From Phoronis australis (taxonomy: Eukaryota; Animalia; Phoronida): a stretch of 61,665 bases of DNA. This document shows positions 11,141-24,500 of the stretch, in pieces; position 1 is the first letter of the stretch, and the number at the start of each line of letters is the position of its first letter. The notes below the pieces were generated by a model. It did no database searches and was not told the origin of the DNA. It saw nothing but the letters and a program-made list of their open reading frames with translations. The translations under genes and the position numbers were made by a program. The stretch is from positions 1-61,665 of the forward strand of contig NMRA01000456.1 of the NCBI GenBank assembly GCA_002633005.1. The letters run 5' to 3'.

Positions 11141-12404
11141 GTATGATAAGATGATTACTCAAAAAGAACTACATTAAATTTGCAGGTGAAAGTTGTGAAC
11201 CTCCAACTGGAATGAATCAAGCTTCCGGTAATGACTTCTCAGTGAAGCAATCCTAGAATTCCATTCAAGCTATAGTACTATCGTGTATGTTGCAGAATTA
11301 AAGAATAAAAACAAGGTATTGCAACCAAACCATGAACCAAAAATGTGGCTTTCAAAGATGGCAATGCAATGGCTTTTGATGTCCAGTATTGCAGAAAACT
11401 AGTCTGTGCCAGGGTCTGCTCTGGCACAAAACATTTTAATGGAAATATTTCCTAAGCTCATGCACATGGTTCCAGAACATTCACTACTAAAGCTATAACA
11501 CTTGCTCCAGTTGATATCATTGCATCACTACACACCGCATCTAAAATTCCAGGCATTACCTGAAAAACAAATGTAATTTCTCAATGCTATTATGAAACCA
11601 GAGCTCATGGTGGTGTTTTTAAAAATTCATTTGATACATTTGCACAGCATTTTAATTACATAAGCGGGAAACGAGAATAAAAGACGAGATATTTACATTT
11701 TACAAAAACTGTCTCTCAATTTCAAGTATTTACTACTTGCACACTTTGATGGCGCTGCGAAAATGACTGTTATGCATTGTTTTGGACAAAACGCCTCATT
11801 CTAGCATCAATTTCAATAACATAAACCTAAAAGCACACCTTTTCCAAAACATGCAGAACCATTGCAGTTTGGAGACAACACCTCGTTTTCAATCATAATG
11901 GCAAATTCGTGGATGTAGTGAATAGACAAGTCATGAACTGAAAAAACCACACATAATAATATATACATGTACACATGCAGCAAATTATTGAGCTATTTCA
12001 AGATGGAGCAATACAAATCAGAAACAAAAACTCACCAGCCAGCAACACTGATTTAAGGACAGAAAGTAGAGATATTTGGAAAAATATAATAACTTATTAT
12101 AATTCCAAACATTATTTTGCTTTCTGCAAGTTCATATTACTTTCCTACTACATCCAAACCTAACTTAAGAGGCCTTAACTACGAGACATCCTTGCAATAA
12201 GAAGTCACAATTGTGCCACATTTCAAATTGTCTTCCCTGCGTATAGGTACCTTTAAATACAGTTTACTACAGATTTTCAAAAACAAGTTACTGATTTTTA
12301 ATTGAAATACAGCATACATTCCCAAGATACAGAAAAGTTGGTAATAACTTCACACAGCATTGTACTATGCCTTCCAGAGATGCCTATGAATTCTGCTGAA
12401 CAGA

Positions 12405-12554
12405 CTATGGTGTGCAGAAATTGTAGTTGTCTGGCTCAGCTGGTATTTCAGGCGGCTGTTCAGGTATTGTAATTCCCTCGATGTCCAACAGTCGGAGCTT
12501 TATCTCCATACTAAGCAGTGTATCAAGGTCTGTTTCTGTCAACTTACTGGTCAT
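12405..12554 (-). CDS. ELMO: ELMO last coding exon
   Basis: [49 protein letters not shown]; AG acceptor. Confidence 0.93.
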   Translation of the reverse strand: MTSKLTETDLDTLLSMEIKLRLLDIEGITIPEQPPEIPAEPDNYNFCTP

Positions 12555-15500
12555 CTAGAAATACACAACAATCATGTAAATCTAATGTGCATTTAGGCTA
12601 GAAGTTTTGGAGCATAGTAAGGAATGCTAAGGTAACACGAATTATACGTCATAGCTGACAGGTACATAAATTGTGTTACTTATATCTGTGTTGAAGGAGA
12701 TTGACTGAGGACCAGTGGCGGATTTAGAGGGGGGCCAAGGGGGCCATGGCCCCCCCTAAACTCTCCCATATTCCATTTTCCAGTTCGGGGGTGCACCGTC
12801 TGACGGGCAAAATCCTGGCTAATACTCTGCCCTGGCCACCCCTAAATAAAAATCCTGGATCCCCCCCTGAGGACCCAAGCACCCCACTAAAGATGCTCCT
12901 CAATCGTGTGAAATGTGAGCTGTGTACCACATTCTGGACGATTAAGTGAATACATGTTCACAAAGAAATGTTGCATATTAAAACACCAAGAAAGAGGATA
13001 TACGATGAATTGAAACATTAAACCGGGTCTGATCAATTTTAAACAAAGTTAATTAATGGACTGTAGCATTTATGTCTTTTCAAAAAGTAAAATATATCAA
13101 AAAAGAATGGTACATTTGCAGCATATGGCCAAATATTGTTTGTTCAAACAACAAAAACGCCAAATCAGTTTTCTAAAATATTTCATTTTCTTTTAATGCA
13201 ACATTTGATTTTTGTAATAAAAATCCTATACGTCCCATTTTCTGATAGCCCTCATGCAAGATTGGAACATTTTTTTTAAAAACCCAAAAGTATTTTATAG
13301 AACAGTGCATAAAGCAGGGTGTTACAAAGTTTACCAAATTTGGACATTTTTCTAGGGTCCTACATAATCTTACTTCCTTGTACTTGGCTTGTCTCAATAC
13401 CTTTTCCTTGTTGATAATAAGGCCTAGCACTGTCAGGGTTTACAAACGCTAGCTTGTGATAACATAGCATAATACAACCATAACATCACAAGAGGAGTGC
13501 GCCATTTTTTGATGACTGGACCAGGGCTGAATTGCACAAAAATTGGCAACCAGTGCAATCGAATTCAAGTCAATGGGTATTCATTAGGCAATTGATAACA
13601 AGTATTGACAAGGAAATAACTGGTCACATTGTTCTCTTTGTGCATGGGAAATCCCATAAGTTGCACAAGCAACTATATATAACCAAATAAAGAAACAAAA
13701 GAATGGACTGTTGAGCACCAAATATAGACATTCATGAATGGAAACTAAATACAGACATGCAAGAACAGAAATTGATAACCAAATATAGACATGCAAGAAT
13801 TGAACCTGACACAAACGGCATAATATTTCATGGCCTATGGTACATTTGTGTTTCCAAATTAGACAACACAAACTACATAGAGGTATTGCTGCAGAGATTT
13901 CTTAAAATTTGGTATAAAACTAAAAAATGGCCAGTTTGTAAGAAAATCTCAAAGGCTGAATTCTATTTTTAAAATTGTATAAAATAACCAGTTTATCAGA
14001 AAATCTGAAGCCTATGTAACGCGTCATAAGAGACTTAGTTCAAATTTTGTAGAGAAAATCGTACACCTAAGGTTCCTGAAAGACTGCGAATGTGCAACCT
14101 TCGGATAAAATATGAGACCAGGCATCGGCTGAAATGGGAGAAATGTGACCGTGGATAAAAGATTTTTTTCTGGTAACAAGAAATCGATACATCAGGAAAG
14201 TCTTTGGCTATTTCAAACACATTTTTCAGTAAACTGTAAACTTGGTCCCCACCACTTTCACAAAACCGCAGTCAAATCTGAAGTCCAGTGTAAAGACTGT
14301 ATGACTCACAATTACACTGTGACAGCGAAATGAAACCAAGCTTTGCAATCAGATACAAAGGTAGTTAAGGCAGAGGAATCGTGTGAAAACAGAAACAATC
14401 GTGATCGGTCTCGGCAAGCTCGGGTGTGTACACATAAATGATTTGTGCTCAACCTAATGGATGATCAATTACCCTTTGAGCATACCAATGTTTGTACAAT
14501 AACCCCATGAAGGGAGAACAGAGATACCTTTCATCGAGGTTTTTCTTCAGGTCTTTATATTTATGGTTAAACATAAAAGCAACATGGTGTCAAGAAGTGG
14601 GTGAAGTAGAAATGCTTGTTAAAGACTCAGTTCCACCTGCACCAATGTGTTTGTGGTTCAGTGGTGAAGTCTATGTGTTACAAATCAATTCCCAAAACAT
14701 TCCTTTCATGGTTTCAATTTGACATTGCCAAAACAGTAGTGAAACTCATGACTAAGTATTGACTCCAGAATATTGATGGCTGGTGAGATTGAACTAATTA
14801 AAGAAAACATCCGATAATATGACCTAAACAAAGACGGTCCGCAGACATGATGAGGACTAAGACAACTTACTTTATTGCCCAGTAACGCATCAATACCATA
14901 ATGGGGACTTAAAGCCTATCTTCAATGGTAGCACCTGTAAATTTGGTTCCTACAGTATTTTAAGAGCATCGCTCTGAACCCACTAGTGCCATAAATTGCC
15001 AAATGTAACGAACTGTTAGGCGTATTGGCTTGCTTTTGTGTACGTCACCGCGAGAATCACCTTTTAATTCAAATGGCTGCGAATATCATCCTCTCACAAC
15101 AGATTCTATTCAGACACCTATTCAATACCATCTTTTGTTCTTCGTGCTGGATCTCGCGGTGACGCAGCATGGCACGAAAAGGCAGCTTCACGTATCATTT
15201 GACAGGCTTACATTTGCGTGATAGAACTCGTATTTTCATATTTTACTTAAGCTTTGCTAGGACTATCTGGTTAGCCCAATTCATCTAAAATAACAAAATT
15301 CCGTTGAAGTTAGGCTTTAAGGGCCTTTCACACTAANNNNNNNNNNNNNNNNNNNNNNNNNNNNNNNNNNNNNNNNNNNNNNNNNNNNNNNNNNNNNNNN
15401 NNNNNNNNNNNNNNNNNNNNNNNNNNNNNNNNNNNNNNNNNNNNNNNNNNNNNNNNNNNNNNNNNNNNNNNNNNNNNNNNNNNNNNNNNNNNNNNNNNNN

Positions 15501-18500
15501 NNNNNNNNNNNNNNNNNNNNNNNNNNNNNNNNNNNNNNNNNNNNNNNNNNNNNNNNNNNNNNNNNNNNNNNNNNNNNNNNNNNNNNNNNNNNNNNNNNNN
15601 NNNNNNNNNNNNNNNNNNNNNNNNNNNNNNNNNNNNNNNNNNNNNNNNNNNNNNNNNNNNNNNNNNNNNNNNNNNNNNNNNNNNNNNNNNNNNNNNNNNN
15701 NNNNNNNNNNNNNNNNNNNNNNNNNNNNNNNNNNNNNNNNNNNNNGTTGTCGAATTGGTCTGAAAGAAGTTGTCATCTATTACGACACTGAAAGAAATAC
15801 ACTCGTAATATTTCACAATCTACGTTAGTCATACTCTTGTCAGTAGGAAAACATCTGCCAATAATCTTAATGATCCTTGTTTGGCATTTAGAAAGGACAA
15901 TACCGAAAACAATCTTCAAAAATGGTCATTAGTTGGCACAGACTATGTCTAATGCATTTGAAAATAGAAAAGTGTCGACTCATCAAGAAATTTGTTTGCT
16001 AAATTTCATAAAATTCTGTCAAGGAACTTTAACTACAGATAAATGCAAAAAACAGTCAATAATAGGGGATACTGCCGTATCGTCGTTGTCATTCGTTGTT
16101 ACAGTAATAGTAAAACAGTCGAGAGTAAAAATCACTAATTTCTAATCAAGTTAATTAACAGAAGACTACTTTAACAGTAAGTGATCTAAGTCAAAATCTA
16201 GCATTTTGACCCAAAACGCAGATCTATTGCTCCCTTAATTATTTACTGAACTACAAATCCTGAACTCACATTTGTGCGGCAGCTGTTCAATAGCCGGCTG
16301 TTCGTTTTCAGTGCATTCACCATAATGGAACACCTTGTGATTGTGAGAGAGCCGGCAATAGAAGAACTTATCTGTTCAAGAGAAACAAGCAGCATACCAT
16401 TAGACAGGTAGTGCAGGTATCAACTTACAGTGATCCAAAGGCAAGTGGCTTCATTATGACTTTTACATAGACTATAGACCTTTTCTGTGCATTAGGCAGG
16501 ATATGTCACAAGCAATCTGGGCTTATGAACAATTCCAGGTTAGAATATGAACCTCACAATGAAGAAAGCAATACTCTATGACATTACAGACAGTTCTCCC
16601 AAATAACACATGAAAGGTTTCAAGTACTAAGGGCTTCTCATTTTTCACAAACTGCAATTCTGATGTCGTGCTGCATTTCTATTCTTACAAAATCAACTGA
16701 TTTCTTTTCAGATAACCCCCTGCAGAGTACAGATAGATCATTAGGTACATTGTGTCAAATGCAAGCACATGTGCTCCTTTTGCAATGAAAAGAAAAATGG
16801 AGTCTATGAGACAAGAAGCCAACTGTTTTATGTAAAGGAACAAGTTGCTTTTTTCGTGCTCTGTTGTTTTACTTGACAACAATACGCTGAAAATGTCACT
16901 AGCTCAATGCAAAGTTTCCTTCCAAGTGATCGTGTTTAACAATTTAAAACATCCAATTAAAGGGACGTTATTGGCGTGATTTTCAGTCTCAGTGTGGAAT
17001 CACAACTGCAACCCCTGCAGCTACAGAATAATGCTCTGCTGGCAGAGCCATATCCCAACCAATGAATGGCAGAGTACTTCAAGCATAATTAACTGGTAAA
17101 TACAACGGCCTTGATGTCAGTGATTGTCAGTCAGATAATGACAAGAATTGGTGATTAGTAATTATACCACGACAAAATCACAACAGACTTTGTTGTTATT
17201 TGTAGCTCTGGTCAATGCAAAGCTAATAACTTCAAGCAATCCATCTCATCCAACAATAAACCCACAAATGCATTTTCTAGTCGTAAAACCGATAATGTCT
17301 CTTTAAATACACCTTGTTGGGAAATTTTTCCCGATTTCACTTCTGATGACCTCTCACTACAATGTGCAGTACAGGGCCTAGAGCACGTTCTAAAAACTTC
17401 AGTTCACATTCCAGTCTTAGATATTCATAATTCATAGTGGGTAATAAAACAATTATCTTCCCAGCCAGGGCCTTTGTTAAGCTGTGTTTAGTTCCACAGT
17501 CCAACTTGGAGAGTTGCATGTCTAAGACCAGGGTTCACAGAGAACTACTTTCACTGACTTTGCATGTCAATTTTAATTTTGCGTGAACGGCATGATTTAC
17601 AACCGTCGGCAAAATTCTAAGCCACTATGGGACTAGATACACCCTCCAACCCAAAATGAATTGATTTTACATCATTATGCACCCGGTAAAGGTGATTTTA
17701 TCTACAAAATTCTACTTCAACTTTCAGTAAAATATTACCTTTACGCGACTTCTTTTCAATAAAACGGCATCCCTCCACGAGGTGATTTAAACGTTGTTGC
17801 TTTATGATGTCCATGATCTCGGGTTTGATAAGCTCTCGGAGTTCTCTAAAATGAAAACACAATCGTTGTCAACACATCAAAAATAACAAGTAAGGTGAAA
17901 CAGAGAATGAAATACAGCAAGCACTGGACAATTAACTTTAGAATGTTTTACATTGTTTTTAAGCCAAACAGCAGTTTGCTTTCAGAAAGCCCTGTCCGCT
18001 GAAGGACGTTAAGCCAGAGACTCCCACTTCTTAGTTACACGACTGTTTTGGTCTGAGGTTCCCAATACCCTCATGGTTGGTTTGGTCTGAGATTTCCACT
18101 ACTAACAGGATTGGTTTGGTTTCGTCTGAGATACCCAATACGCTCGCGGCTGGTGTGCCCTAAGATGCCCACTAATTACGTAATTGCTATGGCCTGATTT
18201 GGCCTGAAACTCTCAGTACTTACATGATAGGTTTGGCCTGAGACAAACAGTGCTTATATGATTGGTTTAGCCCGAGACAATTACAGTACTTATATGATTG
18301 GTTTGGCCTGAGACAAGCAGTGTTTATATGATTGGTTTAGCCCGAGACAATTACAGTACTTATATGATTGGTTTGGCCTGAGACAAGCAGTGTTTATATG
18401 ATTGGTTTAGCCCGAGACAATTACAGTACTTATATGATTGGTTTGGCCTGAGACAAACAGTACTTAATGATAGGTGTGGCCTGAGATTCCCAGTACTTAC

Positions 18501-21500
18501 ATGATTGGTTTGGCCTGAGACTCCCACTCCTCCTTGTGCTGCCGCTCCTGCTGCCAGATGTTAGTGATCTCTGAGAATGTGAGATGTGTTAACTTCTTCC
18601 TGAACAAGTCAAATGTACTAGGCAGGGTATCCAAGGCTCGAATGATCTGTTCTCGCACAACGTTAAGTACCTAAACACATAAGAAATAAATGTTGATGAC
18701 TCCAGACAGTGCTGAGCACATAAGCATGTGAGCTGAGATATATGACTCCAGGCTGGGAGAGACGGTGTTGAGCACCTAAATATGAGTTGAGATAAACGAC
18801 TCCAGACTGCATGACGGAGCGCCTAAACATATGAGCCGAGATATATGACTCTAGGCTGTGAGAGAGTTGAGCGCTTGAATATGTGAGCTGAGATATGGAT
18901 CTCGCTAAATGTTGATATATCTGATATAAAACAGTTTTTAATAGAATGACTTCAGGCTCCCTTTCTTTGAAGAACCATACCAGTGTCAGGCCCAGACTGA
19001 CCATACAGTACCTTAGGGAAATCTTCAGCAGAAGCTCTCATTTCCTTCCACGTTTTATGAAGTAGCTGAATGCAGACGCAGTAGAACTCCTCAAAAGGCT
19101 TGTCACATGTGAAGAACATTGGGAAGTATGTCTCATCCTCCTCTTTGGCTGTGTAAAGTAACAGTCAGAAAAGTCTCAACATTGCAGGTTATCTAGCACA
19201 AACAACTATATTCAATAATCGCAGAAGATTCTAATACTATCATCCTGTAGAGGGCATTCTAATAAAGAAGTATTGTTCATTCATTGTAAAAAACTACGGA
19301 CTCATAATGAAGAGTTAGCATCTGCAGGAGGACTATAATTATTACTTTTCTTCTGCCAATTGGCATGCTTTGTTATCTACAATAAATTCCTGCCAGCCAG
19401 TGGGAACTTTTTCGCTGTCTCAAATGAGTTAGTCCACTCTTACATCAGGGAGTGTACGATCATTTGTGTCCTTAAAACTACTTTGAAGTGGTGATATAGT
19501 TACATAATTTCTAAAATGTTTTGGTCTATTTACATCAACTTCCAGCCTATTTACATTGCCGACATTTCAGCCGATCACTTCTCCGGCCATCTTCGATGTC
19601 TAAGCATCACAAATGCTCCAGGAAAACCTGAATTTTTTCATAGGTAGTATACATAAAGTCAAGCATTTTTACAAAAGAAAGAACTTTTTGAAATGATTTT
19701 TGGCCCATCATGACATTGCAAGTATTTAACTAGCAATCTAGAGGATAGCACAGCGTCTGTGATTCAGAACTTCTGCAAAGCGAATTTGTCATATGATTAA
19801 AAAAGACTGTAAACAGTCTGATTCAAATAATACTTTCAAGCTTATTGTTAAAAAGTGACTGCAATTTACTAAACCCATTCTTACACCTTACCTATCTTAA
19901 TTACATCATTTTCATATTATAACTGTAAATATTCTATTTAGTATCATCTCTTTATTTATTTCATCTCTCTTAAGTCAAATTTTCATCATCCTTCATCTTT
20001 TATATATTATCTAAATTTTCAATTGTTTCTTTGTTACATGTATTTAATTATTGTTTTACAACTTGTTGTTGAGGGTCCTCTTGGAAAGCAGTGATGTCAC
20101 TGAAGAGGCCACCCTTATTTTAAATATTGCAATAAATAAATATAGCATTGTGTTCTTATCTCAAACACTTTGTCTGGCCACTGATACATGACACAACTTG
20201 GGTGTACTAAGCAAAGTCCTTAAGATAAGAACACAATACTAAACATATTTCATGGCAAATTCAAGGATACTCGTCTGATTGGAGAACTACCAAACATATC
20301 ACTAAAAATCCATTGATACCTAGACAAAAATGAACTCTTATAAAACAACGAGGATGCAATATTCAGTTTAGTTGTAAGTAACACTTCAAAAATACAAACT
20401 CTACATGATGACAGGCAAAGCTTCATATTATTACACTTCTTTATATAAAGCTTCAAATTATTAAATCTCCAAGCACCACAGGTAGTATCATTATCAATGC
20501 TGGTCACTGAAGTCTCACAGGTTGCTGCAACACATTTCCGTACATGATAACATTAATCTGCCCCCAAACTACCCTTGCCCTTAGAAAAGACAACCAAGTG
20601 CTACACTTACGGACTGAGCCGACTTTGAGAATGTCGCACATCATGGTGGTCAGTGCCACACTGGCCTTGCTGAATGGACAGTCATGCTGATCGGCTCGAC
20701 AGGAGCTCTCCAACACAATCTGATTAAAAGACAAAACAGAGTGCTTCACACAAACTTCAGTAAAATTTTATTTTTTTGTACAAAAACTGATACCTATTCG
20801 AAAAAAACAAGTTCATCCTAAAACATAATTGTTAACCACAGACAAGATGCCAGACGAAAATAGAAATATTCAATGTACAACAGCACTTCTCACTTTCTTT
20901 ATATACTAAGAAATTATTACTTCCCAAGTCGCATAATACAAAACACCAAGACCCATCGTCACCAGTCCCCCTCAAAACAAACCTTAGTAAAAGTTTCGCC
21001 GTGATGCGTGGCAAAATAATGCATGGTGTCGAGCGCCAACATCCCTGGAGGAGTTTTCACAAAATCTTCAAGCGGATTGGTTGTGTTCTGCAAAGTAGCA
21101 TGTTAGGTGTATAGCAACACAGGACAAGCTCAGTAGGACTTAGTCTGGCTCAGTTGGAACAACAGTCAAATCAATGTTGATCAGAATGAGAGATGAGAAA
21201 GTAATTCTTGGGAAAGCACAGAAGTGCATACAAATAAAAGCCTGAACCCCTTGCCATGGGAAAACTGTTGTAACTTTTTAACAGAAAACGGCCACTGCTC
21301 TTCATGAATGTTTTTGGAAGGAAAATGTATGAAACCGATAATTAAATTAAACTTTTCAGAAAAAACATACTTATTTAGTACAACAAATAATACTTTGAGA
21401 TTTTCTAAAAAAAAACATAAATAACTACTAACTTAAAGTATAATAAAGTCTCCTGGCATTGCAGAACTGCCGGTTCCTTCTTCTAAGGATTGGAAAAACC

Positions 21501-24500
21501 AGCAGGGGAAATAATTGTACCGGTTGCCCAGAAGACGGAAATAGTACTGTTTCACACCAGGACTTGACCCAAGTATTTGACAGAGCACATGTCCCAGTTT
21601 ATCATACCTCTACACCCACTTATATCACAGAACACATGTCCCAGTTCATCATACCTCTACACTCACCTATATCACAGAGTCATGCAACAGTTCATCATAC
21701 CTCAATACCCACCTATACCACAGAGCACATGTCCCAGTTCATCATACCTCTACACCCACCTATATCACAGAGCACATGCAAAAGTTCATCATACCTCTAC
21801 ATCTACGTATACTACAGAACATAACCAACAGTTCATCATACCTCAAAACCCAGCTTCTTCCAATACTTCTGGTTCTGTTGGTTCTGTCTTTTCTGTGGTT
21901 GGTCCTCTTGCTCACTGTCAAACGCTACCTTCCTCAGTTCAAAGAGAACTTTCACTGCAGTCTACAGAAAGAAATTGTCAATGGCCAGTTACAAAAGAAG
22001 CTCTTTTTTGATACATTGAATTTATAATTTATTATCAGCAGAGCTGAAGGTGTATTGGAGACAACAATTAGGTTACATGTCAGAACATGACAGATGAAGT
22101 CCAACAGCATTTTAAACATTATGTTTCAAAATTTTCAGTAATTTATTGTTCTACCACAAGAACGTCCTGCCAGAAATACAGCACAACTGACCTGGTCCTG
22201 TGAACTATATCGGGTCAACATTCTCTCTTCTAGCAGTCCAAACAACAAGGTTTGCAGTGCGTACAGTTGATGAGCCATCTCAGAGCCAACGGATGAACTC
22301 ACGATGTTCTACAAGGCCAATTGTCAATCATAACTAAAAGGCTATCTGAGAATCGTACCCATAACTTTGTGTACATAATATACAAGGGTGTAAACTTCAA
22401 ATAAAACAGTGAAAAGCAGAAATAATGTGCACGCAGATGACATTAAACATATCATCGTGTCAAATGCAAGAATACCAAAAAGCACATCATAACAGTATAC
22501 ATATCATAGATTGTGTCTTTTGCCAGAATATGGAAAAGCAGACAACACTATACATATTATGACTCGTCTGTCTTCTGCAACAGGGAAAAGCAGATGATAT
22601 TACAAATATTGTATGGCAGATAACAATGGCAAGGCAAAAAACATCAAAGCACATCATAGATTGTGTCTCATTTTTTAAGTGCTCATGTCACTTTTACATT
22701 TACCGCATATGCATGGATTTAGGTGCGTGTGCTTTCATGAGAAGTACAGATTCCATGTATGTGCTTATATGAGAAGCACCGAATTACATGCGTGTGCTAA
22801 CATGAAAAGCACGAAATTGCTTGTAAGTGCATATGAGAAGCACAGAATTATGTACATGTGCTTATATGAAAAGCATGAAATTATGCGTGATATGTGCTTA
22901 TATGAGAAGCATTCAATTACATGCATGTGCTAATATGAAAATCACAGAATTAGGTTTATGTGCTTATTTGAGAACCACTGAATTAGGTGTACGGGGAGCA
23001 TATGTTAAAATGTGAACACTTGAGCAACAAACCTAGGACCAAGCATTACAAAATGGTAGACTACATGTTGACAAGTAATGATTCAACACTAACTATTTAA
23101 CTGCACAAGAAATGGTAAGACACACAAAAATATACCTTAATATACAAGGGCCAAACGCCCGAGTCTAGAAGTTAAACATAGGCGTATGTGCCTAATGTAT
23201 GAACCACTAAGTAAGAATGTTTGGAAAAAATGCTCTATTTTGGACGTAGGCACAAGTGTGTATAGTAAGTAAGTGCATGTATATGGCAACAATGTTTGTT
23301 AAGGTTTCAGACTTTAGGCAAATATCCTGTCTTCACAGTCCAAAAATATGAGTGACAAATGGGTCATTAATACCAGCCACAACAGGGAGCAGGAACATTA
23401 GAGAACACTTAACCGCACAACAGGTACTTACTTGCAGGATGATGTTACGGACAGATTTTGTCTGCAGCCTATCAGCAATGACCTGAAAGATTGAAATGAA
23501 AGCAAATTTGACATTGGAGGCAATCAAGACAAAGTTTTAAAACCAATGTATAAGCCATGCACATGGTTGTATTAAGTCAATATCTCGCAGCATTCAGTTA
23601 TCCAAACTTTTTCGAATTGTGACAATTTTTAAACTCTACATTTTGTAACACTTTTCTTCTACTTTTCAAGTGCAAGCAAGATTAGTTGTTCAAATCTTTT
23701 CCCAACATTAACTGTGCAATTTAATTATAAATTCATGTACTTGCCTTCTTTTGTTCAAGACTCGCTTTCATGAACATCGCATTGATCAGGGCAACAGCAC
23801 ACTTCTGTATCTCTGGATTTGGTCTGCAATTTCCAAAGTCAGGCATGAAAAAAGTTACGGCACCAAGATAGCAGACATTGTCGCCTATATGACATAAAGA
23901 CTGTTTTTATTATGTTACCCTTCAACAGTGCCTTTAGGCAGCGCACTCCCACAATCCTTTGTGTTTTCAAGTACTTATTTAGTGGAAATAATTGCATTCA
24001 ACAGTGAAAATGCAGATTGAAACAGAGTTAAAAACGCTTAATTAACTCAGAGCATATCTTGGCAATAGTCATATATAACCTGCCCACATTTTGAGAACCA
24101 GTTTGATGTCCATAACTCAATTGAGCAAACAGGTTCTCAAAATGCGGGCCTGTTATATCCGACTACCACCCCCATGTCTTTGAATGATAATTGTTAAGCG
24201 ATATGAAGGTCCAACATCTCTAAGATTAACGCTCACAGGGGTAAAATTCTCGGCTTGGAAACAATGTGACTGATACTCCAGCATATACAAGATCAACACC
24301 TAATGTAACAAAACACCATTCATATCAAATGGGCTCACATAAACTGAACTTGATCAATACCTATTGTTTGTTGGTTCATCTTCTAAAAAAATTCATAGAT
24401 TTTCATTGTAAAGACGGGATACTAAATTAAAAAAAATGTGCTTCTAATTTTACAGTTTACACAAAATTATGCAAAGCAAAAATGCCATTTTTCATACAAA

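Noticed and set aside
15328-15816. ORFs spanning the first N run
   Set aside because: Artefacts of the assembly gap
21459-22027. Plus-strand ORFs with repeated [12 protein letters not shown]
   Set aside because: Translations of the 47-bp minisatellite and the antisense of an ELMO exon
18015-22990. CRISPR-like arrays
   Set aside because: Head-to-tail minisatellites without unique spacers, in eukaryotic introns, with no cas genes
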